Part shown: positions 9,650 through 20,205 of the stretch, piece after piece
How positions within the stretch are numbered: the first letter of the stretch is position 1
Layout of the letters: each line of letters opens with the position of its first letter
Position numbers and translations under genes: made by a program
Notes under the pieces: generated by a model
Database searches by the model: none
Told to the model about the DNA's origin: nothing
The model's input: the letters and a program-made list of their open reading frames with translations, nothing else
Assembly: GCA_964650355.1 (NCBI GenBank)
Contig: CAZYTL010000005.1
Location: 23,209 to 87,208, forward strand
Origin: an uncultured Gammaproteobacteria bacterium
GTDB taxonomy: Bacteria > Patescibacteriota > Microgenomatia > CAYXHB01 > CAZYTL01
DNA: 64,000 nt
Direction of reading: 5' to 3'

Positions 9650-11743
9650 TTACAAGTTACTTATTATCTCTACCCAGTCCCAACTATTCACCTTTCCGTC
9701 TTGGTTCCCATCACCTACTCCGGTCAACCAGTTCGCTAACACTTCCCACCAGTTGATCGGTACCGGCGTCAATGTTGGTGTCATAACCATTTGCATTCCG
9801 CAAATTCGGTACTGACCCGCGCGCGACCATGTACCCCAATTGCCAATCTGATTAACCATCGCCTGCTCTGTTCTGAAACCATAATTATTCGCCAACAGCT
9901 GCTCTCCCTGACCCGAAGGAGTGACCCACACAGAATATGTATGGTCTTCAAAACTAGCGGCCAACCTTACCTTATAATTCAAATTCGGGCTAAAGGTAAT
10001 CACCTGATCAGACTGGTATATATCCCCATTTCTAACATCAAAATAACCATCGGGATTTAATCTGAATAACATCGCGTAATCTGCATAATAGCTACCCGCA
10101 TCTTTGGAAAACGCCACTAAACCTTCTACCTCCCCGGTTGCCTGATTATCCCGGGGTGTCACCTCAAACTCGGCGGTAAAATCGCTAGTCAAATTCTGTG
10201 ACAAAGCATAGTTATCCCACCCCGGATCTCCGCCGGAATTGCCAGTTCCTAATCCGCTACTCAAGTAACATCCTGGTTCTAGGGTCGGAGTTGGCGCACT
10301 GCTCACATACTCATACGCTCCGATGTCAAATCCCCCTCCCTGTGGTCGGCTTACCCTAGCGTAATCAAACGTAATTTTCTGGCTCGTCAGATTTACCCCC
10401 ACATCTATCGCTTTTGATCCTCTTGTTAATGAATAATCATCCCCGGAAGGATTATTAAAATTCAACCCGCTATTATTCAACTGGGTAATATTATGAGAAA
10501 CCGTCACCGGCGCACTTCCGTATTGCTTGATATAAGAGCCATTGCCCCATCCGCTATAGTTCCCGGGATTAATAATAATATTATTCTCAAATCTGAAATC
10601 AGCTCCTAAATCAGGCGCAAATTTTATCCCGAAATTATGGGGGTTGATAATCGTATTATTCCACACATAATCAGACCCATTGGCGTTTTCCTCAAACTTC
10701 CAAATGGTAATTCCGTTTCCTTCGTTATTCCCCGTCGTTTTATTCACCCCCGCATTAATAATTACGTTGTTATAAACTCTATTCCCCCTATTCGCAAAAA
10801 TACTGATCCCTGTAGCTCCGGCATCCTTCACCCAGTTATTGTACAGGTCACACTCGCTACCTGTTTTAATATCCCAACCCACTTCCTGATACAACCTTTT
10901 TTTCAAACCCGTCGCTTCCGTATGATTTTGATAAACTTCACAATCCTCAACCGCCGAGCCTACTCCTCCTCCGTCCCAGCCGGTATTCTTTATCGTGTTA
11001 TTAAAAACCCTCACCCTTCTCAATACCGGCTCATATACCCGCTCATTTCCGCTATTGCAGCTTAACACCACCCCGGTACCATAAAAAGACCCTCCGATAT
11101 ATAATGCCTCTGCCCCTACGTCATGAATATAATTATCGTGCACTCGGGTATCATATTGTGTGAAGTTGCTGCGATTCACCACGTCGTCCTTATCATTTCC
11201 CGTAATCCCGTCATTGTCATAATCATAAGCTTTCCAGTCAGCCGTTGACCCGTCTGAGCACACCGGTTCAGTTTTTGTTGTTATTCCCTGCCCATCTGCT
11301 CCTGAAATCTCCACGTGATCTATCTCCAGATAACTGCTTTTATGTCCTGCATTAATCCCCACTCCGGCTGATCTGTTGATCTTAATTCCGTATTGATATC
11401 CACTCACCCCGCTCCCGGTAATCCGAATGTGCTGACTATTATGTACAGCTATCCCGTTTGAACCGCTACTGCTAATCATTACTTGCCCGCCGGAATTAAT
11501 AAATGTAATCGGTGCGGTCGCCGTCCCTTTGAAATTTTTCAAATTCAATCCTCCTCGATTTCCCGCCGTAATGCACACGGTATCTCCGGGCCCCACACCT
11601 GCATAATCGGTCCTCCCGTCAGCCGTCGTTCGACTGGTGGAAATCGTAAAATCGCAACTCACGGCCCCATAAACCACCCTCGGCATTATCAATCCACCCA
11701 TCGTCACTATAACGACCAACCCAATTAACCACCGTTTCCTCAT
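9650..11743 (-). CDS. Secreted beta-helix protein + lectin-like beta-sandwich + dockerin-like tag
   Basis: Paralogue of 275..2425 (SCDFTI...PGDTVCI...PITFINSGGQV). RPQGGGFDIGAYEY. Terminal GDGNQDGKVNSWDW. Confidence 0.85.
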   Translation of the reverse strand: MRKRWLIGLVVIVTMGGLIMPRVVYGAVSCDFTISTSRTTADGRTDYAGVGPGDTVCITAGNRGGLNLKNFKGTATAPITFINSGGQVMISSSGSNGIAVHNSQHIRITGSGVSGYQYGIKINRSAGVGINAGHKSSYLEIDHVEISGADGQGITTKTEPVCSDGSTADWKAYDYDNDGITGNDKDDVVNRSNFTQYDTRVHDNYIHDVGAEALYIGGSFYGTGVVLSCNSGNERVYEPVLRRVRVFNNTIKNTGWDGGGVGSAVEDCEVYQNHTEATGLKKRLYQEVGWDIKTGSECDLYNNWVKDAGATGISIFANRGNRVYNNVIINAGVNKTTGNNEGNGITIWKFEENANGSDYVWNNTIINPHNFGIKFAPDLGADFRFENNIIINPGNYSGWGNGSYIKQYGSAPVTVSHNITQLNNSGLNFNNPSGDDYSLTRGSKAIDVGVNLTSQKITFDYARVSRPQGGGFDIGAYEYVSSAPTPTLEPGCYLSSGLGTGNSGGDPGWDNYALSQNLTSDFTAEFEVTPRDNQATGEVEGLVAFSKDAGSYYADYAMLFRLNPDGYFDVRNGDIYQSDQVITFSPNLNYKVRLAASFEDHTYSVWVTPSGQGEQLLANNYGFRTEQAMVNQIGNWGTWSRAGQYRICGMQMVMTPTLTPVPINWWEVLANWLTGVGDGNQDGKVNSWDWVEIISNL

Positions 11744-12344
11744 ACATTCACTCTACCACAGCCCAGGGATCACATAACACAAATCACGTAGCTAATAACT
11801 TTTAAAATAAAAAACAAATAAGTAAAGCCCTAAAATAAATATTCCTTCCTACCTATGGTTCCATCAGAGTATTTATCAATAATTATTTAATGCTTATAAA
11901 GTTTATAATATTAATATTATTATATTTTAACTATATAAATTTTTCATCTAAATATAGCACTTAATTATAACAAGATATAAGTAACCTGCAATTAAAATCT
12001 GGATAATTCGTCAATTTGGTTGACAATAGAGACTCGTAACCAGTTCAAAATTCGACAAATATCGCACATATTTATATAAAATTGTTACAAATAAATTATA
12101 AATTTTTAATACAATGCGTAAGCAATCTTCAAATATATGAATATTTCTACATAAAACAGGGTTTTTAAACAATAAAATATAAACCATCTATTATGCTAAA
12201 CTAGATAAACGTATATAGATAATAACATCATGAATCCCTGATCAACACAACTGAGAATGAATAGTTTGCTTACCTTTTGTGTGTAGTTCACAACGCGAAC
12301 ATCCAAACATGGAAACATCAACGTCAATCCATGGTTAAGAATGG

Positions 12345-12381
12345 TTGACTTATCAGATTTGATCTGTTACCCTTACATCAT
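12345..12381 (+). promoter_or_regulatory. Putative sigma70 promoter of the islet operon
   Basis: TTGACT (12345) - 17 nt - TACCCT (12368, preceded by TG-T), 8 nt before ATG 12382. Confidence 0.45.
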
Positions 12382-12777
12382 ATGAAAACCGATCCATTAA
12401 ACGCTTTGATATCAAATGATGCAAGAGCCACAGATAGGCAGAAACTCGCGGACCTTCTCACCCCTTATGTAGTAATAGATCAAAAATCACAAGAGTTCGG
12501 CTTTAAAGAAGCCTTCGAGGAGCTAGACAACGACACCAAAATTGAAATCTTTCTTGCAAGTATAAAGGCTCGTGCATTATTATTTGGCGTTACTGACGGG
12601 TCACGTCCTACAGAACTGATTTCCCTTGGAATTATGCCAGAGGGCAGCGTAAAGACCAGCCTCAAGCGCTTATTTGAAAACCGAAAAATAAAGAAAGGGA
12701 ATGACGGTAACTATTTTCTCCCTGCTTACCGTATCCTCGAACTATCTAAACGTCTTGTTACTAAACAACCAAAATAA
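12382..12777 (+). CDS. Hypothetical protein with winged-helix-like C-terminus
   Basis: 131 aa. PTELISLGIMPEGSVKTSLKRLFENRKIKKGNDGNYFL reads as HTH plus wing. First gene of a 4-gene operon. Confidence 0.7.
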   Translation: MKTDPLNALISNDARATDRQKLADLLTPYVVIDQKSQEFGFKEAFEELDNDTKIEIFLASIKARALLFGVTDGSRPTELISLGIMPEGSVKTSLKRLFENRKIKKGNDGNYFLPAYRILELSKRLVTKQPK

Positions 12778-12780
12778 ATT

Positions 12781-13173
12781 ATGGATTCAAAACGAATTGA
12801 CGAACTTGAAAAAAGAGTGGAGAAGCTTGAACGGCTCCTACTCACTCCAGATCCAAAACCAACTAAGACCAAAAAAATGTCCCCGAAGGAATTTCTGCTC
12901 ACTAAAAGCGTAAAGTTTAGCATGCAGAAGGTCCTTGTACTCGGATATTACCTCGAACACATGGAAGGAATAGAATCATTCAATGTAATGGATCTTGAAT
13001 CAATATTCCGGGCTGCGAAGGAAAAACTACCTAAAAATATAAATGATATGGTTAACAAAAACGTCGCCCGCGGACTTATTGACGAAGCCAAGAGCCAAAA
13101 AGACTCTAAAAAAGCATGGTATCTAACCTCTACAGGAGAGAACTTGGTAGAAAATGAATTAAATCTAAACTAA
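12781..13173 (+). CDS. Hypothetical protein: N-terminal coiled coil + winged-helix-like domain
   Basis: RIDELEKRVEKLERLL coiled coil and ...KNINDMVNKNVARGLI...AWYLTSTGENLVE (W/Y-x-LT-x-x-G wing signature). 3-nt gap from the upstream gene. Confidence 0.75.
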   Translation: MDSKRIDELEKRVEKLERLLLTPDPKPTKTKKMSPKEFLLTKSVKFSMQKVLVLGYYLEHMEGIESFNVMDLESIFRAAKEKLPKNINDMVNKNVARGLIDEAKSQKDSKKAWYLTSTGENLVENELNLN

Positions 13174-13177
13174 CAAT

Positions 13178-13720
13178 ATGTCAAATAATTCATCGGTAGA
13201 ATTAACGGGAAAAATAGTAGAATTACTTTCGCCCTTAGAATCAGAAGAAAGACTGCGAATCATCGACGCCTCATTAATATTGCTTGGCGAGAAGCCAGCT
13301 GGGGCTGGAAAAAGCAAATATCTCCCTGATAGAGATGATGTTGCTATACTTCCGCAACGCGCACGCTTATGGATAGAGCAAAATAAAATCAAAGTGGAGC
13401 AAATTCAGCAAATATTCCAATTGGGCGATGCCGCTTTTGAAGTCATTGCATCACCCATTCCAGGGAAATCTACAAAGGATCAAACTTTAAATACTTATAT
13501 ACTCACTGGGATTGGTAATCTTCTCATAACAGGAGAGCCTTCCTTCCCGGATAATCAGGCACGTTCGTTGTGTAAAAATTCTGGTTGCTATGACAGTGCG
13601 AATCATTCTGCATATCTAAAAAATAGAGGGAATGTATTCACTGGTAACAAAAAGACCGGTTGGTCACTTACCGGTCCAGGACTTAAACTCGGCGCTGAAC
13701 TTATAAAGGAATTAAACTAA
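13178..13720 (+). CDS. Hypothetical protein with winged-helix-like C-terminus
   Basis: 180 aa. CYDSANHSAYLK...GWSLTGPGLKLGAELIKEL. 4-nt gap from the upstream gene. Confidence 0.75.
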   Translation: MSNNSSVELTGKIVELLSPLESEERLRIIDASLILLGEKPAGAGKSKYLPDRDDVAILPQRARLWIEQNKIKVEQIQQIFQLGDAAFEVIASPIPGKSTKDQTLNTYILTGIGNLLITGEPSFPDNQARSLCKNSGCYDSANHSAYLKNRGNVFTGNKKTGWSLTGPGLKLGAELIKELN

Positions 13721-13723
13721 TAC

Positions 13724-14506
13724 ATGCCTGACCCTAACAAAATATTAATCAACATACCAAGGGGTTTGCGTGAACCACTATTAGAGAGCTATCAAGAAAT
13801 CTCTCGGAATTACACCGAACATCGCTGGGAACCTTCAGAATTAAATGGGGGGAAATTCTCAGAAGCAGTCTATTCGATTATTGATGGAAGTATCAACGGT
13901 TCATTCGCTATAAAACCTTCGAAACCGAAAAATATGGTTAAAGCATGTCGCGATCTTGAAAATCTTCCTGCTAATCCAAACCGTGTTGGTGACAGAAGTC
14001 TACGCATCCTCATTCCACGTTTATTAATAAGTCTCTACGAAATACGGAGTAACAGAAACGTGGGGCATCTAGGTGGTGATGTTGATCCAAATTTTATGGA
14101 TGCTACGGCCGTTTTTAGTATAGCGAACTGGGTACTAGCAGAACTTATACGTATTTTCCATTCAATTTCAACAACAGAAGCTCGAGTAATTGTCAACGGG
14201 ATTGTGGAACGTAAACATCCACTCATTTGGGATGTTGGGAGTGTCAGACGAGTCTTAGACCCCAAGATGAGTAAAAAAGACCAAGCATTATTCCTTTTAT
14301 ATTCCAAGCCTGGATGGGTTACTGAAAAGGATCTTTTTCAATGGGTTGAATACAGCAATTCAAGTATATTTCGTAAATACATACTCATCCCATTACACAA
14401 TATCCGGTTGGTTGAGTATGACCAGTCTCAGGGCCAAGTGCGCATCTCTCCACTTGGTAGCGAATATATAGAGGATAGAATTTTAAAAACACGCACCCAA
14501 TCATGA
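13724..14506 (+). CDS. Putative HEPN-like (Abi_C-like) RNase domain + C-terminal winged helix
   Basis: Helical N-terminal domain with ...GGKFSEAV... and YEIRSNRNVGH (R-x-H pattern) followed by DATAVFSIANWVLAELIR. C-terminus VRISPLGSEYIE. Confidence 0.65.
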   Translation: MPDPNKILINIPRGLREPLLESYQEISRNYTEHRWEPSELNGGKFSEAVYSIIDGSINGSFAIKPSKPKNMVKACRDLENLPANPNRVGDRSLRILIPRLLISLYEIRSNRNVGHLGGDVDPNFMDATAVFSIANWVLAELIRIFHSISTTEARVIVNGIVERKHPLIWDVGSVRRVLDPKMSKKDQALFLLYSKPGWVTEKDLFQWVEYSNSSIFRKYILIPLHNIRLVEYDQSQGQVRISPLGSEYIEDRILKTRTQS

Positions 14507-14603
14507 GAGGAACCAGAATCTAAAGCCCAACGACTATGGTTAAGCCGCTTTCGACGCAAGCTCACCTAAGGATTTTTAGCTACTATTCTACTATTACAGA
14601 CTG

Positions 14604-16622
14604 CTACAGGCTACTGATTACATTCGCCCAGTCCCAACTATTCACTTTCCCGTCTCCATTCTGATCTCCTTTGTTACTAAACCATTTCGCCAATAAATAC
14701 TTAAAGTCTCTCACCCGGTATCTTACCTGATCACTAATCACCATCTCCCCAAACGCTGTCGAATCGTTCGCCGGCTTACTCTCCCTCAATGGAAACCATA
14801 ATAAATAATTGTCCCTGCTCCCCCAATCGTCATCATCATTGATCCCTAAGTCAAACCCGATTGTCTGATTCACGGGCACGCTACTTTGCCCCAAATTGGG
14901 ATCCCAAGGTATGGCCACTTCTATCACATACCCATCGCTGCTGGTAGTCACCGCGTGCTCCACATCAATCGTGCCACTAATCGCCCCATGCTCCGCTATC
15001 CGGTTTTGTAGATCAATCGTATATTGGTGGTCATTCCCATCATAACCAACCTGTCCGTCCCTGTCCCCATCCACAAATATCTCCACCCCGTCATCATCCC
15101 ATATATTAGCCGACTCATTACTCACCAAGACATCATCCGTTACCTTCACCCCTACATATAAATATTGCCCATCCCATGCTGTCTGCCACCTCCCGCTCAC
15201 ATCACTCGCCGGCTCATTCACCAAGGCATATCCAAAAGCCCCTTCGTTTACTGGTATCCCTTCCCAGTCGCTTAAATCACCGTCTATCACCATCGGGGCT
15301 ACCACCCGCACTGCTTCCACCGGCACAATCGGAATTACCTCACTTCGGTACTCAAAAGCTCCCAAGTCGGTTTTTCCGCCCTGAGGCCGCAGCACATCAT
15401 CATAATCAAATAATGGGAAAACACCAGTATTCCTGCCTTTATCAATCGCCACACTTGATTGCGCCGTTAACCGATAATTGTCAGCACTAGAATTAACAAA
15501 ATTCACAGAAGCCACCGACCCTCTGTAGTTATTACTGGCATTCCCCTGGATAGAAGTATTTCCTCCCACCACCAAATTATCAAAAATTTGGCTCCCTGAG
15601 GCAACAATCCCCCCCTTCACGCTATTAACTATCGTATTATTATAAACTACGCTCAATCCATAATCGAGAATCCTCACGCTGTCCGTTTTCGATCCTATCA
15701 CTACATTATTGTAAATTCGAGTTTTTTCTGATGTAGATACCCGCCCGTTGGCAATTCCGGTATCCCAAGAATTAATCACCAAGTTATTGTATACGTCGCC
15801 GGAGGCATCTGCTAATTTAATCCCCCCTTCAAGTACATGTTGCACTTGACCATTTAACAAACCCGTATCTTTGACAATATTATGATGCACTTTGACATTT
15901 TTAGCCATCTTAATATTAATTCCATCAAAACCGCTTCGCTCTACCAAATTAGAGCTTACCTCTGCTCCGTCAATATAGCCAAGTTCACTTTCCGGCTGCC
16001 CTGGCGGTGGATCTGTCCCTAAATAAATTGCCTCATGGTCGATATTTAAAAAATGATTATGATGAACATAAACATCATATAAAGTTTTTTGGCCCCGAGC
16101 TTTAAAGGCTACACCACCCTGGTAAGGTAAATTAATAATATTATCCTTCATTGCTATATGATCAATTTCAAACCCATGCATATCTCTATATTCCTCCATC
16201 CATATCCCATTGTGCGCTCCGATTATTTGGATACCACAATCTTGACCTGCGCGCGAGTAATCCGAACCGCAATTGCTGGAAACTCCACTTCCCGAAATCC
16301 TTAAATATGCACAATTATTCATTTTAATTCCAGCGCGATCTGTTCTGATCACCACCTGACCATCTTTATTGACAATTGTGATCCAAGAAGAAGCAGTTCC
16401 TTTTATATTCTGGAACGTTAACGGACCTCGATCTCCGGCTGCCAGACAAATTGTATCTCCTGGTTTCACAGAGGAATAGTTTGATTGTTCATCTTGTCCG
16501 TCCACCGTACTCACACTCAAAGGTACAATAAAATCACAACTCGGCGCTCCGTGAACCACTTCCGGAACCATCAACCATGCTGCTATCTCAAATACAAATA
16601 ACCCAATCCATCTTCCTCTCAT
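14604..16622 (-). CDS. Secreted beta-helix protein + CBM9-like domain + dockerin-like tag
   Basis: SCDFIV...PGDTICLAAGDRG, DLGAFEY, CBM9-like module very similar to that of 275..2425, GDQNGDGKVNSWDW. Confidence 0.85.
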   Translation of the reverse strand: MRGRWIGLFVFEIAAWLMVPEVVHGAPSCDFIVPLSVSTVDGQDEQSNYSSVKPGDTICLAAGDRGPLTFQNIKGTASSWITIVNKDGQVVIRTDRAGIKMNNCAYLRISGSGVSSNCGSDYSRAGQDCGIQIIGAHNGIWMEEYRDMHGFEIDHIAMKDNIINLPYQGGVAFKARGQKTLYDVYVHHNHFLNIDHEAIYLGTDPPPGQPESELGYIDGAEVSSNLVERSGFDGINIKMAKNVKVHHNIVKDTGLLNGQVQHVLEGGIKLADASGDVYNNLVINSWDTGIANGRVSTSEKTRIYNNVVIGSKTDSVRILDYGLSVVYNNTIVNSVKGGIVASGSQIFDNLVVGGNTSIQGNASNNYRGSVASVNFVNSSADNYRLTAQSSVAIDKGRNTGVFPLFDYDDVLRPQGGKTDLGAFEYRSEVIPIVPVEAVRVVAPMVIDGDLSDWEGIPVNEGAFGYALVNEPASDVSGRWQTAWDGQYLYVGVKVTDDVLVSNESANIWDDDGVEIFVDGDRDGQVGYDGNDHQYTIDLQNRIAEHGAISGTIDVEHAVTTSSDGYVIEVAIPWDPNLGQSSVPVNQTIGFDLGINDDDDWGSRDNYLLWFPLRESKPANDSTAFGEMVISDQVRYRVRDFKYLLAKWFSNKGDQNGDGKVNSWDWANVISSL

Positions 16623-16692
16623 ACCTTCACTCTATCACACCCTATTTCATGTTATAAACCAATCTAAGCTTTCGGATTCACCCATCCAACAA

Positions 16693-18231
16693 TTAATACC
16701 CCGGCGGATAACCACTCCAAATTTCAAAATCATCATAATATAAATCAGTCCCGGCATCCCCTTGAGTCGCGAGTCTAACCAGGTAATCCGGGTCATGGTA
16801 TAACTTAAACATCATCTGGTCATGAAGCTTTTGGTCATGCTTTGTTTGACCGGTAAAATTAGCCACAATCTGACGCGGATACCCATCTCTTTTAATTGCC
16901 ACATAAAACACCCCATCGGTTTCATCATATTTAAAAAATATTTCCATAGTGAACCACTCTCCAAACGGCACCGCCACCTGACAATACTCCGCCACATTGC
17001 AGTTATACCAATTGTTAATCCCTTCTGGCCGCTGTTTTACTACTCTGAAGTTCCAGAAGTTCCGATTTTGTTTTTTTTCAAGCTGGATCGCATATCGGGT
17101 ATTTTCTCCCCCTGCAAAAAGTTCCGGTTCCCAAGCATGCGATTCCCAAATCATAAACCACGCTGCTGACTCAGAATACGAATACAGATTTTTGATCTTC
17201 TCAGGAATATAAATCCGAAAACGATAAAATTGTTGGTTAAAAAGATTGGGCTCGCCGTCGTCCTGCCAAGCTGTATTGGCAACCTGTTTTAATGTCCACT
17301 GTGATCGACTAACATTCCCGACTGCACCCCGGTTATAAAGATGTAAAACATGATTATTAATATTCTTTGGATCCCTGCTAATTTTCCAACCACCTCCCTC
17401 AGCATAATAACTTTGATATTTTGCCCAAGGCACGTTCTGCTTAATATTATCCCAATTATTAATTCCGGAAGGCATACTTTTATCAATCCCATGAATTCCT
17501 GACCATGACAAATAAGAATCCGCTTCAAACCCGGACTTAAACTGCAGTTTCCCCCCGGTCATTGGTGTTGGTGTAGGACTGACCATCGGAGTCGGAGTCA
17601 ATGTGGGAATGGCCATTAAACTGACAAAGTCCAAAGAGTTCGTCTGTCCGTCATCTGTCATCTCTCCGGTCCAACTCAACCACCCTGCTAATATCCGTTT
17701 CAGTTGATCACCTAAACTCAATGGTAAAGCATATATATCCACCTCAGTTAAACTATTCCAGTCATATACCTGGTTATTGACCAAAGCTTGATGTCCCAAG
17801 TACCTAACATATCTGGCATCGGTATCCGTAAAATCATACACCTCTTGAGTGCTGGTCGTACCGCTACTCTCTCCATTCCAAACCGTGGTCCAATTCGCAC
17901 CGTCAAGTGACGTTTGTAACTCAAACAGATTCTTCCTGTTGGCGCCCTCATACACCCCGATTGTTACATACGTAATTGTTCTCATCATTCCCAAATCATA
18001 CTTTATCCATTGTCCGTCTCCACTAGCTGACCACCGGGTACTTGAATCATTATCCACCGTGTTAGCTGGAATATTACTGCCATCATTGCTGCTGGCTGTG
18101 ACTTTATCTGGCAATGGAGTTACTTCTTCACTTTCTGCTGCCCATAACCTTGATCCTCCGAAAATCAACCACCCTAGACCAATACAAACCGTTAGTATAA
18201 CCAAACGAAACGATAGCTTCTTTCTCCACAT
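16693..18231 (-). CDS. Secreted F5/8 domain + internal dockerin-like tag + jelly-roll polysaccharide-lyase-like domain
   Basis: F5/8 module at the N-terminus, GEMTDDGQTNSLDF, PTPT linker, then FKSGFE...FYRFRIYIP...VPFGEWFTMEIFF...MFKLY...LYYDDFEIW. Confidence 0.75.
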   Translation of the reverse strand: MWRKKLSFRLVILTVCIGLGWLIFGGSRLWAAESEEVTPLPDKVTASSNDGSNIPANTVDNDSSTRWSASGDGQWIKYDLGMMRTITYVTIGVYEGANRKNLFELQTSLDGANWTTVWNGESSGTTSTQEVYDFTDTDARYVRYLGHQALVNNQVYDWNSLTEVDIYALPLSLGDQLKRILAGWLSWTGEMTDDGQTNSLDFVSLMAIPTLTPTPMVSPTPTPMTGGKLQFKSGFEADSYLSWSGIHGIDKSMPSGINNWDNIKQNVPWAKYQSYYAEGGGWKISRDPKNINNHVLHLYNRGAVGNVSRSQWTLKQVANTAWQDDGEPNLFNQQFYRFRIYIPEKIKNLYSYSESAAWFMIWESHAWEPELFAGGENTRYAIQLEKKQNRNFWNFRVVKQRPEGINNWYNCNVAEYCQVAVPFGEWFTMEIFFKYDETDGVFYVAIKRDGYPRQIVANFTGQTKHDQKLHDQMMFKLYHDPDYLVRLATQGDAGTDLYYDDFEIWSGYPPGY

Positions 18232-18441
18232 ACACTCACTCTACCACAGCTCACAGGTCACGTAACACGTAACATAGAATATAGAGCAGGAGACAAGAGG
18301 ACATAAAGCATGAAGCAAGAAAACATAGAACATAAAAACAAAAAACAGAAAGCCACAGAAATATAGAAGCGATGTAATTACTTAATTACAACAAAGAACC
18401 AAACTCTTACATTCTATATTCTAAATTCTACCTCCTACTTT

Positions 18442-20118
18442 CTAATTACTCATCAACCCTACCCAATCCCAACTATTCACCTTCCCGTCATTACCACTTC
18501 CCAACCCAAAATCATCCTTTCCCCAACCAACCAATAACATCTTCGACAATGGATACTGTAACTCTCCTACTTTCACCAACCGTACCGCGTCAGCAATCAC
18601 GTTCTGTCCTACCACGTCATCGCTCACACCGATTTTCCCATTTTTAATAAAAGCATATTCCCCCAACAAATTCCATTGCCCGCCGTTATACCTCTGGTCA
18701 ACCCGTACCGTACTTTTGTTATTGAAAGTTTCGATTGTGTAAGGCACCTGGCTGGGACGTGCATGTGGACCATCACTCACCGCCCACCACCAGGCATAGA
18801 CATCATATACACCTGGCTTCGGAACAGAGAAACTCCAGGTCGCCGTATCCCCGTTCCCTGCCTCCAAATTATAATAATGCGACCCATTATAGTGCTGGCC
18901 GTCAAGCGTACCCGTCACCGGATACCTTACCCAGTCATCTCCTCCCGGAGCCTTAAAACGATTAAAGCCTTGATCTTCATTATCAATGATGACTTCATTG
19001 GGATTAGGTGTGGGTGTTGCTTGGTCCTGAGTAACCATCGGACCAATATATTGGGTTGCAATCACCACATTGTCATCCCATGATTTTTGGTCCTGATAGG
19101 CGGTCCATTCACCACCGAAATAAGCATTTAAATCAAAGTCATTAATTTTAAGATCGTTAGTATCGCGAAAATGCAACCCTGTATAATGCCCTTTTAATTC
19201 TCCATTAAGCCACATTTTAATTTCTCCGTTATTTACTCCGGCATCATTGGCTTTCAGCATAATTTCAAAACAATTCCACTCACCTGTCTTCAATATTTTT
19301 ACCCCTCCAACGTTCTGCGGCAGACTATCACCAAAGTCGTTGATTTGCTCGGGATTGTATGTATAAAATTGTGTCTCAAAGCCATTGGGATCATCCCAAG
19401 CTTGCCAATTCTGCAATTTCAAAGAAAAAGCATTATAACCTGTCGGCCTCCCTCCGTAATAACCTCTCGGGCCTCGAGCATAAAGCCCATTGGCTTTAGT
19501 TGCCGCGTGAGTTTTTAAACTCCCATCAGGCAAATACCCCCAAAACTTATACCCTGGCTCAAACTTCCGGTACCACCTCAAATAAAGTCTATCGTGAGCC
19601 TCTATCGTAAAATTATACGGAAAAGGATAATGGAAATATTTAGTATTTGCTCGCTCCAAACTGCCGTTACCCGTCAAAATTCCCCCCGTATTAGTCGTAT
19701 TCCAACTATTACCATTGGGGTATGAGTAATTTCGATCACAGTACTTACAATCAATTAAACATTGCCCGGAAATACCGTCAAAAGCCGTATCCAGAGTAAA
19801 TCCGGTATAATTTCGTAAATCTGAATTTGCAATACAACTTGGATTACATGGCATGCAGCGAGCAAAATACTCTGGTCCGGGCATATAAAAACCAGTACCA
19901 AACTCTGCCGCCGCCCAATCCGATCGTTCAAACCCTATAAAATGAATCACCGCCGGATCATCTTTAATTCCCTGGTCATAAGGATACTTGGCAGCAATTC
20001 CATACTCCACATTTTGAGCCTTTACTCCACCTGCACCCAATATCACTGCGGTTCCCAACAAAACAATTAATAATAAAACTTTCGACCAATTTACCATCAT
20101 CCTTCGTTTTCTCCTCAT
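18442..20118 (-). CDS. Secreted jelly-roll (PL14/LamG-like) protein + golvesin-like module + dockerin-like tag
   Basis: GIAAKYPYDQGIKDDPAVI...LYLRWYRKF...WNCFEIMLKAN...WDDNVVIATQYIGP, VIADAVRLV, GNDGKVNSWDW. Confidence 0.75.
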   Translation of the reverse strand: MRRKRRMMVNWSKVLLLIVLLGTAVILGAGGVKAQNVEYGIAAKYPYDQGIKDDPAVIHFIGFERSDWAAAEFGTGFYMPGPEYFARCMPCNPSCIANSDLRNYTGFTLDTAFDGISGQCLIDCKYCDRNYSYPNGNSWNTTNTGGILTGNGSLERANTKYFHYPFPYNFTIEAHDRLYLRWYRKFEPGYKFWGYLPDGSLKTHAATKANGLYARGPRGYYGGRPTGYNAFSLKLQNWQAWDDPNGFETQFYTYNPEQINDFGDSLPQNVGGVKILKTGEWNCFEIMLKANDAGVNNGEIKMWLNGELKGHYTGLHFRDTNDLKINDFDLNAYFGGEWTAYQDQKSWDDNVVIATQYIGPMVTQDQATPTPNPNEVIIDNEDQGFNRFKAPGGDDWVRYPVTGTLDGQHYNGSHYYNLEAGNGDTATWSFSVPKPGVYDVYAWWWAVSDGPHARPSQVPYTIETFNNKSTVRVDQRYNGGQWNLLGEYAFIKNGKIGVSDDVVGQNVIADAVRLVKVGELQYPLSKMLLVGWGKDDFGLGSGNDGKVNSWDWVGLMSN

Positions 20119-20205
20119 ACATCAACTCTATCACAGCTTAGACGTCACCTAGTCCGTAAATTCCATCCTCATCTTTCCTCCCAAATACGAATTACTGATT
20201 ACCGA

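Larger units (their letters stand above)
11800..14570 (+). mobile_element. AT-rich horizontally acquired islet inserted in the array (boundaries approximate, no mobility gene)
   Basis: Abrupt loss of the C-skew, ~580 bp very AT-rich lead-in, and four tightly packed + strand genes unrelated to the flanking minus-strand array. Confidence 0.55.

Noticed and set aside
11788-14582. tagcta at both islet edges as a target-site duplication
   Set aside because: A 6-bp AT-rich match is too weak and the boundaries are uncertain.
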